Under the pieces are notes generated by a model. The model ran no database searches. It saw only the letters and a program-made list of their open reading frames with translations, and was not told where the DNA came from. From Desulfobulbus propionicus (GTDB lineage Bacteria > Desulfobacterota > Desulfobulbia > Desulfobulbales > Desulfobulbaceae), in the NCBI GenBank assembly GCA_002746685.1, contig PDQK01000027.1:25204-89203 (forward strand): a stretch of DNA of 64,000 bases, written 5' to 3'. Positions 47,415 to 56,378 of the stretch are shown piece by piece (position 1 is the stretch's first letter; each line of letters starts with the position of its first letter). The position numbers were made by a program, and so were the translations under genes.

Positions 47415-49928
47415 ATGAAAAATTCCGCAAATGAACACAACAGCAATTTCGACGATTATGAGGATCTGACACTTTTTGCAGATGAATCCTTTGATACCGA
47501 GGATGTAGACCTTTTTGAATTCTCCAGTGAAGATGACTCGATTCTGACGCGTTTGAAATCCATCATTCTTTCTTTGGATTGGGAAATCAATGACGAAATT
47601 CTTGAAGAGCTCGCTGACGAAGTTACGGTACTGCAGAACGAATGGCAGGATGATAAGGTTGCCACCGTGTACCTGCAGGGACTTGATAAGATAGGTCGTT
47701 ATATCAAGAGCAAGGGTGCGTATGCACACCCAAACGCTATAAAGCTGCTGCTTACCTTCTATTATAATTTTGAAAAAATTACTTCCTCTGAATCTATCAA
47801 GGGAGATGAAATCGCTCTTTTGCTCAAAGGGGACATCAGAAAATTTCGCATCCTCCAATATCAGATTAACCAGGAAGAAGGTGGAGCTACTCCAGCTGTA
47901 GTCTCAGAAGCACCAATACTTTTACAATCGGATGCAGAAGAGACTGCGGTTACACCTGAAGAGAAAGATCACCTCAAGCTGCTCAAGGCCAGCATCTTGA
48001 GCCTGGACTGGGAAGTAACCGATGCCAGCCTGAAGCAATTCAATAAACAGCTCAACCGCTTTCAGGAAACTGCGGCGGATGACAAGCCTGTCATGGTGTT
48101 TATTCAAGGGCTCCGTGCACTGGGAGACTATATTGAAGAATCTGCGGCAAATGCTCACCCCGAGGCGTTTACCCTGCTTCATACCTTTTCAGAAGGACTT
48201 GAGCAAGTGCTTCATGTGGAGCCGGAGCAGCGTGATCAGGAGCAGTTACAAGAATTACTGACTGACCGAATTGCCAGACTCAATGCGCTCAAGGCGCTCA
48301 TTGTCAAAGAAACACATATTCCTCCCCAAGAAATCGTAGACGAAATTGTTGGTGAAATACTCCCTGAAGAGGAAATGGGGCCACCTGCTGAAGAGTTTCC
48401 CGCACCCACTGATGAACTTTCGATTCCTTTAGAGGAAGCGCTTGCGGGTTCAATGGAGACTAGCGAAAATGGTGATGGTGATATTGATATATTCATAGAA
48501 CTTGACGAATTGTTTCCAGATGAAGTTATGCCAGCAATGGAGACCTCAGACGAAAAATATCCTGACCAGGTTCTTCCTCCGGAAGCCATCACCCCTATTG
48601 ATGACGAGGTGTCTGACGAGTACATCACTTCCGAGTTACGGAATAAACGTGAGATTGCACCAGCACTCTCTGATGCCGACGAGGCGTTTGGCTTTACTGA
48701 AGATGCAGAGCCCCTTGATCTTCCAGCTCAAAGCGATCTTAACCAGCAGCTTGACAAACTCTTTGAAGATGGCTTACTCGATGATGTAGAAGAAAGCGAA
48801 TCCACACCAGAGGAGTCAGCTGATAAAGGAGATCTGGAAGCTGCGCTTGCCAATGTTGCTCTGCCCACCCAGGAAGATGAACAGCCTGCTGGGTTAGCTG
48901 AAGACGAAAGCGACAGCCTTGATATAGAAAGCAAACTGGACAGCTTTTTTGCTGACGATGATGAAGAAACTCCTGCTGTTGAGCCAGCTATTTCCTTTGA
49001 TGCTGAGCCAGAGGAAGAAGATGATGGCATGACCCCAGCCCTTGCTGGAGAAAATGAAGAGCAGGGTTTCTCCCTTGAAGATTCGGCTGAAGCACTTGAT
49101 GAGTCACCTCTTGATGATATAGAAGAAAAACTTGACTCCTTCTTTGATGAAAATGCTTTTGCACCTTCATTGGCAGACGAGGAGGCTCCTGTAGAGGGAG
49201 CTGGGGAATCTTCAGCTTCTTTTGATAATGCTGACTCACCTGTAACAGCAGCCCTTGATGCGGCCCTGGCAGGTGAAGAGGTGCCCGAAAAAATTGCTCA
49301 GGGTAATGAACAAGAGGAACAGGAGCTCGAAGAGCAGCTTGATGACTTTTTCGGTACCGACCCAGAAGAAGCGCCTGCCATTGCACTTGAAGATACTCTC
49401 CCCTCAGCTCTTGAAGAAGCTGCCAAGCAGGAAGCGGTGGTGGATGGTCATGATGCTGCACTGGTACGTCTTGCTGCACTTGGGGCCGTATTGCCAGAAG
49501 TAGTGCGAGCGCCCAAGGATGAGCAGATAACTGAGGCAGCTCAGCTGGTTGATGAATTGAAAGCCTCAGTAACCAGTCCCGAGCATATCGTTCTGACCGG
49601 ATTCATGGGAGCTGTTGTTGATCAGCTGGTTCATAGCAGATTTATTGATCTGGCTGCCACTGAAAAACTGATTAACGGTCTGTACGAGAAGCTCCAGCAA
49701 GAAACGCTCTCCACAGCAGATCTGGCCAGCGGAATGGATCAATTCTTTAGCTGGCAAAAAGAGGTTGTCAATGCTGCTGCCAGAGAAAATGCTGGTGGAT
49801 TCCTGCCCTCTGCCGGGCAAACACCTGCACCTGAGACTACAACGGCTACCTCTGAACTTGATGTCATCCAGATCAGAAGTATTATCAGAGAAGAATTCAA
49901 TCAGCTGAAAGATGAGTTAAAAGGTTAA
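47415..49928 (+). CDS. Acidic repeat-containing hypothetical protein, candidate polar scaffold
   Basis: Duplicated LKxxILSLDWE...AHP helical domain, long D/E/P linker with LDx(F/L)F repeats, C-terminal IIREE helix. Confidence 0.75.
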   Translation: MKNSANEHNSNFDDYEDLTLFADESFDTEDVDLFEFSSEDDSILTRLKSIILSLDWEINDEILEELADEVTVLQNEWQDDKVATVYLQGLDKIGRYIKSKGAYAHPNAIKLLLTFYYNFEKITSSESIKGDEIALLLKGDIRKFRILQYQINQEEGGATPAVVSEAPILLQSDAEETAVTPEEKDHLKLLKASILSLDWEVTDASLKQFNKQLNRFQETAADDKPVMVFIQGLRALGDYIEESAANAHPEAFTLLHTFSEGLEQVLHVEPEQRDQEQLQELLTDRIARLNALKALIVKETHIPPQEIVDEIVGEILPEEEMGPPAEEFPAPTDELSIPLEEALAGSMETSENGDGDIDIFIELDELFPDEVMPAMETSDEKYPDQVLPPEAITPIDDEVSDEYITSELRNKREIAPALSDADEAFGFTEDAEPLDLPAQSDLNQQLDKLFEDGLLDDVEESESTPEESADKGDLEAALANVALPTQEDEQPAGLAEDESDSLDIESKLDSFFADDDEETPAVEPAISFDAEPEEEDDGMTPALAGENEEQGFSLEDSAEALDESPLDDIEEKLDSFFDENAFAPSLADEEAPVEGAGESSASFDNADSPVTAALDAALAGEEVPEKIAQGNEQEEQELEEQLDDFFGTDPEEAPAIALEDTLPSALEEAAKQEAVVDGHDAALVRLAALGAVLPEVVRAPKDEQITEAAQLVDELKASVTSPEHIVLTGFMGAVVDQLVHSRFIDLAATEKLINGLYEKLQQETLSTADLASGMDQFFSWQKEVVNAAARENAGGFLPSAGQTPAPETTTATSELDVIQIRSIIREEFNQLKDELKG

Positions 49929-49958
49929 TCAAGCACTTTAATCCTACAACACACGGGG

Positions 49959-49986
49959 AGGGGGAGTTACCGTCTCCCCTTTTTTA
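49959..49986 (+). terminator. Terminator between convergent gene sets
   Basis: GGGGAG-ttaccgt-CTCCCC followed by TTTTTT. Confidence 0.7.
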
Positions 49987-51021
49987 TTGCTTCCTGGGAT
50001 CAAAGGCTTCTCTAAGTGCTTCTCCAATAAAAATAAGGAGAATGAGGGTCCCCACCAGCACCACAAAGGTGGAAAGGGAAAGCCACCATGCATCAATATT
50101 AGCCTTCCCTTGCGCAAGAAGTTCGCCAAGACTTGGAGTAGATGGTGGTACTCCAAGGCCAAGAAAATCCAGGCTGGTGAGAGCCAGTATTGCTCCAGAC
50201 ATACGAAAGGGCAAAAAGGTAATCACCGGAGTCATGCCATTGGGCAGCAGGTGCCGATACATGATGGTGATATTGTCTACTCCCAACGCACGGGCTGCTT
50301 TCACGTACTCCATATTGCGTCCTTTGAGAAACTCGGCTCTAACGTAATCCGAGAGTCCCATCCAACCAAACAGAGAGAGCAAAATGAGCAACAGCGCGAC
50401 ACTTGGTTTAAATATGGAGGCAAAAATAATCAGCAGATACAGCTCAGGCATGGAACCCCATATTTCGATAAACCTTTGAAAAAACAGGTCAATCTTACCC
50501 CCAAAGTACCCCTGCACAGCGCCAGCCAAAATACCAAGCAGGGTTCCGATACTGGTCAGGGCCAATCCAAACACCACACTGAGCCGAAAGCCGTAAAGAA
50601 GCCTTGCTAAAACATCCCGCCCTCGATCATCGGTCCCCAGTAGATTATCTCTGGTCGGTGGTGACGGCACTGGTCCATCAATCTCCAGGTTTATGGAGTT
50701 GTAACTGTGCGGGTTAAAGGGAAAGATCACCGTGTTTCCCTCAGTAGTGAGTTTCTCTATAATATACGGGTCACGGTAATCGGTCGCTGTTTCAAAATCG
50801 CCGCCAAAGACTGTTTCCGGGTAACTGTTCCAGAGTGGAAAATACCACTGGTTCTGATAGTTGACGAGCACGGGTTTATCATTACTCAGCACCTCTGCAA
50901 ACAGGCTGAGGACAAACACAATGGTGAACAGGATCAGGGAATAAAAGCCGCGCTTGTTTTGGCGAAACAACCGCCATCTACGGCGTCCAGGAGTATTCTT
51001 TTTTAGCAGTTCTTTCTCCAT
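49984..51021 (-). CDS. yejE: Peptide ABC transporter permease YejE-like
   Basis: YPETVFGGDFETATDYRDP, LLGTDDRGRDVLARL.YGFR, GEA.R.AFDPRK. Confidence 0.9.
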   Translation of the reverse strand: MEKELLKKNTPGRRRWRLFRQNKRGFYSLILFTIVFVLSLFAEVLSNDKPVLVNYQNQWYFPLWNSYPETVFGGDFETATDYRDPYIIEKLTTEGNTVIFPFNPHSYNSINLEIDGPVPSPPTRDNLLGTDDRGRDVLARLLYGFRLSVVFGLALTSIGTLLGILAGAVQGYFGGKIDLFFQRFIEIWGSMPELYLLIIFASIFKPSVALLLILLSLFGWMGLSDYVRAEFLKGRNMEYVKAARALGVDNITIMYRHLLPNGMTPVITFLPFRMSGAILALTSLDFLGLGVPPSTPSLGELLAQGKANIDAWWLSLSTFVVLVGTLILLIFIGEALREAFDPRKQ

Positions 51022-52067
51022 CAGGCCACTCCATCAAAACTGATGCGTGGATCAACAAACACGTAACTCAAATCAGAAAGCAACCTGGAGATCAGGCCAA
51101 TGATGGTGAAAAAGTAGAGCGTACCCAAGACTACAGGGTAATCGCGGTTGAGCACCGATTCATAGGCTAACAGTCCCATACCATCAAGGGAAAAAATGGT
51201 TTCAATCAGCAGGCTGCCGGTAAAAAAAGCGGTAATAAAAGAGCCAGGGAAACCGGTAATAATAGGGATAATGGCGTTACGGAAAACATGCTTATATAAC
51301 ACCTGGTTTTCACTGAGCCCCTTGGCCCGGGCAGTCATAACGTACTGTTTACGGATTTCCTCCAGAAACGAGTTCTTGGTCAGCAGCGTCATCACCGCCA
51401 GGCTCCCCACTGTAGAGGCGATAATGGGCAGCACCATGTGCCATAGGTAGTCAAGTATTTTGGAGATAAGCGAAAGCTCCTGCCAGTTATCTGACACCAG
51501 ACCACGGAGTGGAAAGATGGACCAAAAACTCCCGCCACCAAATAATACGATCAGCACAATCCCCAGCACAAAACCTGGAATGGCATAACCAATTAAAATT
51601 ATGGAAGAGGTTGCTACATCAAAGGGAGTGCCATCATGGACGGCTTTTTTTATCCCAAGCGGGATGCAAATGGAATAGACCAGCAGAAAGCTCCATAGCC
51701 CAAGCGACATGGAGACTGGCAGTTTGGAAATCACCAGCCCGGCCACGCTTTTATGGTGATAGTAGGAGTTGCCAAAGTCAAACACCAGGTAGTTCTTCAT
51801 CATTTCAAGGAATCGCTCTACCGGTGGCTTGTCAAATCCGTACAATTTTTTAAGCTGCTCCACCCGTTCATGGTCCAACCCCTGGTCGCCCTGATAAAGA
51901 GTGTTGCCGCCTTTGGCCTCTCCGACGTTACTCTGCCCTTCGAGTTCGGCCATCATCCGTTCCACAGGGCCACCTGGAACAAACTGGGTCACGGTAAAGG
52001 TGATCAGCATGACCCCGATCAGAGTGGGGATCATAAGCAATAAGCGTTTTACAATATACCAACTCAT
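51021..52067 (-). CDS. yejB: Peptide ABC transporter permease YejB-like
   Basis: QFVPGGPVE, YGFDKP, KNSFLEEIRKQYV.TARAKG, VDPRI.F. Confidence 0.9.
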   Translation of the reverse strand: MSWYIVKRLLLMIPTLIGVMLITFTVTQFVPGGPVERMMAELEGQSNVGEAKGGNTLYQGDQGLDHERVEQLKKLYGFDKPPVERFLEMMKNYLVFDFGNSYYHHKSVAGLVISKLPVSMSLGLWSFLLVYSICIPLGIKKAVHDGTPFDVATSSIILIGYAIPGFVLGIVLIVLFGGGSFWSIFPLRGLVSDNWQELSLISKILDYLWHMVLPIIASTVGSLAVMTLLTKNSFLEEIRKQYVMTARAKGLSENQVLYKHVFRNAIIPIITGFPGSFITAFFTGSLLIETIFSLDGMGLLAYESVLNRDYPVVLGTLYFFTIIGLISRLLSDLSYVFVDPRISFDGVA

Positions 52068-53599
52068 CCTTCCACCACAATGGCCTTCCCTCCCCGGCGG
52101 GGGTCGCCGGCTCCGTCCTCACCGGGAATAACCGTATGCACGCCGCCAAAATAGACCGACTGTTCCTCCCAACAATTCACAGGTACCTTGTTCTTGATCG
52201 CTGCAACAACCTCATCACTCACCCCAGGCTCTATCTGGAGAACCTCACCATCCCAATGGAGACGGGGCGCATCCACAGCCTCTTGAATGCTCTGGTTATG
52301 ATCGATAATCCGGGTTAATACCTGAATGATGGCGGTTCTGATCCGCTTGGAGCCTCCGCTGCCGATGACCAGCTTCACCTGTCCGGTTTTATCCACCAGC
52401 ATTGAAGGTGACATCATGGAGCCCACCCGTTGTCCTGGCGGAGAGGAGTGGAACCCTTTGGGATGCAGGTCGTCTTCTCCCATCATGTTATTGAGCATAA
52501 TCCCGGTTTCAGGAGCAAAATAGCCTGAGCCTTCTCCATTGGAGCAGGTCATGGATGCCACATTACCGTGTCTATCTGCCACGCTCACATGGGTGGTCCC
52601 GCGAGAAAATAACCGTACAGTGTTAACGGCCTGGTGCAGTTGTTCAGAGGTCATGAAAGTGGTGAGCACTTCTGGCTGCTCCCACTCCTGCTCACGCAAC
52701 TGTTCAACTTCCTGCATAATAGCGGTGGACTGGAGAAAGTAACCGGGAGTGCCCAAGGTGTGTTCTCCCCGGAGTTGATTATTAAGACCAAGCGATAGCC
52801 CTATCAGCAAGCCACCAAAGGACGGGGGGGGACTGGTGAAGAAGGTATGTTTGCCGTATGCAACCTTGAGCGGTTTACGCTCAATGACCTGGTAACCTGC
52901 TAAATCCTCAGCCGTAATCAACCCGTTTCCTTCCTCCATGTCTCGGACAATCGCTTCCGCTATATGCCCTGAATAAAAGCATGCTCCACCATCACCTGCA
53001 AGAGACTCCAAAAACGCTGCCATCTGTGGATTTACAAGAATATCTCCTGCTGTGAGATACTTTCCTCCTGGTTCATACAAGGCTCGACCGGTCTCTGTCA
53101 GCGTCATGATGGGGTACAGCAACTGCATAAATACCCCTTGGAAATCGGAGACCACATGCCCTTTGGCAAGCTTCATGGCAGGGTGCAATACATCCTTTAA
53201 ATCCATATAGCCCAGGCGCTGGTGCACATGGAGTAATCCTTTCAGGGTGCCGGGTACGGCCACCGAGCCAAGTCCGATGTTAAAATCCTGGTCAGAACCG
53301 CCAAATTTCACCGTTACCGGGAAAAAATGCGGTTTCGGCTGCCGCGCCAGCCCCTTGCCTGGAGTATCAACAAAAAAATCAAAAAAAACCTCCTGGCCAG
53401 ACTGCCTGGCACCAGCGGTTCTCGCCAGCAGAAACCCTCCGCCACCCAAACTGGTTAAGCAAGGTTCAGCAACAGCTCCGGCAAAACCGGCTGCCACGGC
53501 AGCATCAAAGGCATTGCCACCACCTCGCAGCACTTCTGCTGCGGCCTCACTGACCAGTTGATGGCCGGACGCCACTATGGAGCGGGAAAAACAACTCAT
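52064..53599 (-). CDS. ggt: Gamma-glutamyltransferase
   Basis: GGNAFDAAVA, VAVPG, Ntn nucleophile TTHVSV, SMMSP, GSGGS.RI; ATGA overlap with upstream gene. Confidence 0.9.
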   Translation of the reverse strand: MSCFSRSIVASGHQLVSEAAAEVLRGGGNAFDAAVAAGFAGAVAEPCLTSLGGGGFLLARTAGARQSGQEVFFDFFVDTPGKGLARQPKPHFFPVTVKFGGSDQDFNIGLGSVAVPGTLKGLLHVHQRLGYMDLKDVLHPAMKLAKGHVVSDFQGVFMQLLYPIMTLTETGRALYEPGGKYLTAGDILVNPQMAAFLESLAGDGGACFYSGHIAEAIVRDMEEGNGLITAEDLAGYQVIERKPLKVAYGKHTFFTSPPPSFGGLLIGLSLGLNNQLRGEHTLGTPGYFLQSTAIMQEVEQLREQEWEQPEVLTTFMTSEQLHQAVNTVRLFSRGTTHVSVADRHGNVASMTCSNGEGSGYFAPETGIMLNNMMGEDDLHPKGFHSSPPGQRVGSMMSPSMLVDKTGQVKLVIGSGGSKRIRTAIIQVLTRIIDHNQSIQEAVDAPRLHWDGEVLQIEPGVSDEVVAAIKNKVPVNCWEEQSVYFGGVHTVIPGEDGAGDPRRGGKAIVVEG

Positions 53600-54711
53600 A
53601 ACCAATACTCATCGTGGAGTTGCTGAAGCATTGCGTGAAAATCAAGTCCCTGATCCACCAGTTCCCGTTTCCTGTCCGCACCATTTTTTTCAAAAAACAT
53701 TGCTTCCATCGCCGTTATATACTCCTTACTCTGAAAATCGATACAAATGGGATGCAGCACGCAAATAAGCTGCTGCAGGGCCGCAACAACAGGCAAGCTC
53801 CCCTCCCCCAGCAAGCCCAAAGGGTCAACAAAGGTGCCTTTCAAACCGTGCCGGGAAGCCTGCCACTTGTTGCGGCTGAGTACCTGATGACTCACGGGCT
53901 TATGCTCAGCCATATTGCGCACCAGTCCAATGGTCATGGCCTGAATCAATGCCACCAGCCCCAACATCTGGGAAAACCTGAGGGGCAGATCGCAGATACG
54001 CACTTCCATGGTGCCAAACTCCGGGCTTGGCCGTACATCCCACCAAAGATCACGAAAATCACTGATGATGTGATATTTTTTCAGCATCTGCACTTCCTGT
54101 TCAAACCCCTTCCAGCTACCGTGAAAGCCGGTTACCCCTGCCATGGGGAGGGCTTCAAAAAGCTTGGTGCGATACGAACTGAACCCGGTATCATCCCCCC
54201 TGAAAAAAGGCGATGAACCGCTGGGAGCGAGCAGCAACGGCAGGTATGCCTGGATGGTATCGCACACCTTGATGGCAGTTTCTCCTTCTGGCATGCCCAC
54301 ATGGACATGCAGCCCCTGGCAGATGAACTGCCGCCCCACATACTGGAGTTCCTTCATGATCCTCCAGTAGCGTTCTCCAAAACTCAACACCTGTTCTTCA
54401 GGACAGGCAAAGGGGTGGAGGCTCCCTGCATACAACATGCAATCCTGCTTCCGGGCTTCTTGCTCTACGGCCCTGATGGTTGCCTGAAGGTCTGCAGCCA
54501 CCTGATCAACCGAGTTACAGATGCCGGTGCGCACCTCGATAATGGACTGGAGGAATTCTGGTACCACCCTGGATTGGTACGCTTCGGGTACCTGCTCAAT
54601 CACTGATGGAGCACAAGGGGTGAGGTTATAACTGGCCCTGTCTAGAAGCTGAAACTCCAGCTCCACCCCTAAGGTGAAGGGATCACTAGGGGCAAACTCA
54701 ATGTGTTCCAT
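53596..54711 (-). CDS. ybdK: YbdK-family carboxylate-amine ligase (glutamate-cysteine ligase family 2)
   Basis: TLGVELEFQL, GLHVHVG, WWDVRP...GTMEVRICD. Confidence 0.9.
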   Translation of the reverse strand: MEHIEFAPSDPFTLGVELEFQLLDRASYNLTPCAPSVIEQVPEAYQSRVVPEFLQSIIEVRTGICNSVDQVAADLQATIRAVEQEARKQDCMLYAGSLHPFACPEEQVLSFGERYWRIMKELQYVGRQFICQGLHVHVGMPEGETAIKVCDTIQAYLPLLLAPSGSSPFFRGDDTGFSSYRTKLFEALPMAGVTGFHGSWKGFEQEVQMLKKYHIISDFRDLWWDVRPSPEFGTMEVRICDLPLRFSQMLGLVALIQAMTIGLVRNMAEHKPVSHQVLSRNKWQASRHGLKGTFVDPLGLLGEGSLPVVAALQQLICVLHPICIDFQSKEYITAMEAMFFEKNGADRKRELVDQGLDFHAMLQQLHDEYWL

Positions 54712-55894
54712 GGCCGCCTCCTTGGCCTCTCAGGTGAAGTAATCCCTTACAAGCCGCTGTGGCCAGCCATCTAGCACCAAGTTCCAGGACATCTTCATCA
54801 AAATCGAAGCGACCGGAGTGGGCCGGGCCTGCCTGATCACCTGGAATCTGGGCACCGAAGCGAATCATACAGCCTGGTATCTGCTCCTGGTAAAAGGCAA
54901 AATCTTCCCCTCCCAGACTGGGAAAGCCCTGGCTGATCACCTGCTCTTTACCGACCACTTCGGTGGCAGCAGCTCGCGCTATGCTTGTTATAAGCGGATC
55001 ATTGATCACCGCAGGCAACCCTTCCAAAAACTCCAGCTCTATCTCAGCGTTGCTCATATCCTGTATCCCCAGGATCAACTTTCCCAGGGCAGCATGAAGC
55101 TGGGTTCTGGTTTCAGGGTGAGCACTGCGGATGGTTCCTTCCAAAACGGCCTCTTCAGCAATAGCATTGAGCACCGTACCCGCCTGCATGCGTCCCACAG
55201 TCACCACTGCAGCATGGGAAGGGTTTATCTGGCGTGAGACCAGCGTTTGCATATGCATCACCAGGGTCGAGGCAAGGACCACCGAATCGATAGTCTCATG
55301 GGGTCGGGCAGCGTGACCGCCACGCCCATGAATACGAATGATAAACGGATCAGCATATGAGCAGATCAACCCCTCATCAACGGTGAGTGTACCGGTGACG
55401 AAATGGGTATCGATATGCCCGCCAAAAATCATATCCACCTCTTCAAGTCCACCTTCACGCACCACCAGATCTGCACCATTACCGGCCTCTTCAGCAGGTT
55501 GAAAAAGAAGCACAACCTTACCACAAAACTCACTCTGCTTAAGCAATCTGGCCGCGCCCAGAAGCATGGCCACATGACCATCATGGCCGCAGGCGTGCAT
55601 CACCCCTTTGGCTCGGGAAGCAAAAGGGAGCCCGGTTTTTTCCTCTATGGGGAGCGCATCCATGTCTGCACGAAGCGCTACGACAGGCTGCTTTTTTCCT
55701 CCTCCACACTGTTTTCCTTCAACTATTGCCCGGATTCCAGTGCGCGCTATCTGCCCATGGGGAATTTCAAGCGCATCAAGCTCCTGTGTAATCAGCTCAC
55801 CAGTTAAATACTCCTGGTAACTGAGCTCCGGCTGCTGGTGAATGGCCCGACGAAGCTGTTTAAGATGCTGGAGAAATGAACGCTCAGGCTGCAC
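54698..55894 (-). CDS. M20D amidohydrolase
   Basis: RADMDALP, MHACGHDGH, FQPAEE, GGHAA, GEDF. Confidence 0.92.
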   Translation of the reverse strand: MQPERSFLQHLKQLRRAIHQQPELSYQEYLTGELITQELDALEIPHGQIARTGIRAIVEGKQCGGGKKQPVVALRADMDALPIEEKTGLPFASRAKGVMHACGHDGHVAMLLGAARLLKQSEFCGKVVLLFQPAEEAGNGADLVVREGGLEEVDMIFGGHIDTHFVTGTLTVDEGLICSYADPFIIRIHGRGGHAARPHETIDSVVLASTLVMHMQTLVSRQINPSHAAVVTVGRMQAGTVLNAIAEEAVLEGTIRSAHPETRTQLHAALGKLILGIQDMSNAEIELEFLEGLPAVINDPLITSIARAAATEVVGKEQVISQGFPSLGGEDFAFYQEQIPGCMIRFGAQIPGDQAGPAHSGRFDFDEDVLELGARWLATAACKGLLHLRGQGGGHGTH

Positions 55895-55920
55895 GATATT
55901 GATACCTGCTGGAAAAATTT

Positions 55921-56295
55921 TTAAGAAATCTTGATATCACCAACATGGTGAGTTGGTGTTTTTTGCGGCGCAGATCGAGGTTGTTTTTCTTTACCAAGCG
56001 CAGCCAAATGCTCACGTTCCCGGCTTCGGATGCCTTGTTCTGAAACTTCAGGCTGCCTGCCTGCATGCGCTGAGCGCCCCCCAACACTTGAGCCTGGCTG
56101 CTGTTCCCCGCTGTTGACGGGCCTCTTGAGCACTGTGAGAATGCCCTCCTGTACCGGAACTGCGCTGACCATTTCCCAGCCCATCAAGCCTTGTTCATTG
56201 AGGGTGTTTTCCATATCCTCATCATTAATGTACTTTTCCCCCAGTAAACCGTCCTTGGCGAATTCAAAAATGATTGTTCGATATTGCCACAACAT
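55921..56295 (-). CDS. DUF4177-like small protein
   Basis: WQYRT...LNEQGLMGWEMVS...LKRP plus disordered tail. Confidence 0.7.
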   Translation of the reverse strand: MLWQYRTIIFEFAKDGLLGEKYINDEDMENTLNEQGLMGWEMVSAVPVQEGILTVLKRPVNSGEQQPGSSVGGRSAHAGRQPEVSEQGIRSREREHLAALGKEKQPRSAPQKTPTHHVGDIKIS

Positions 56296-56378
56296 GCTGA
56301 GCTCCTGTTTATTTTTCTCCCCAGGTCATCTTATAAATGGGGTACCGAGAAGGTTCCTTGTCCACGGGGAGCTTCTTG

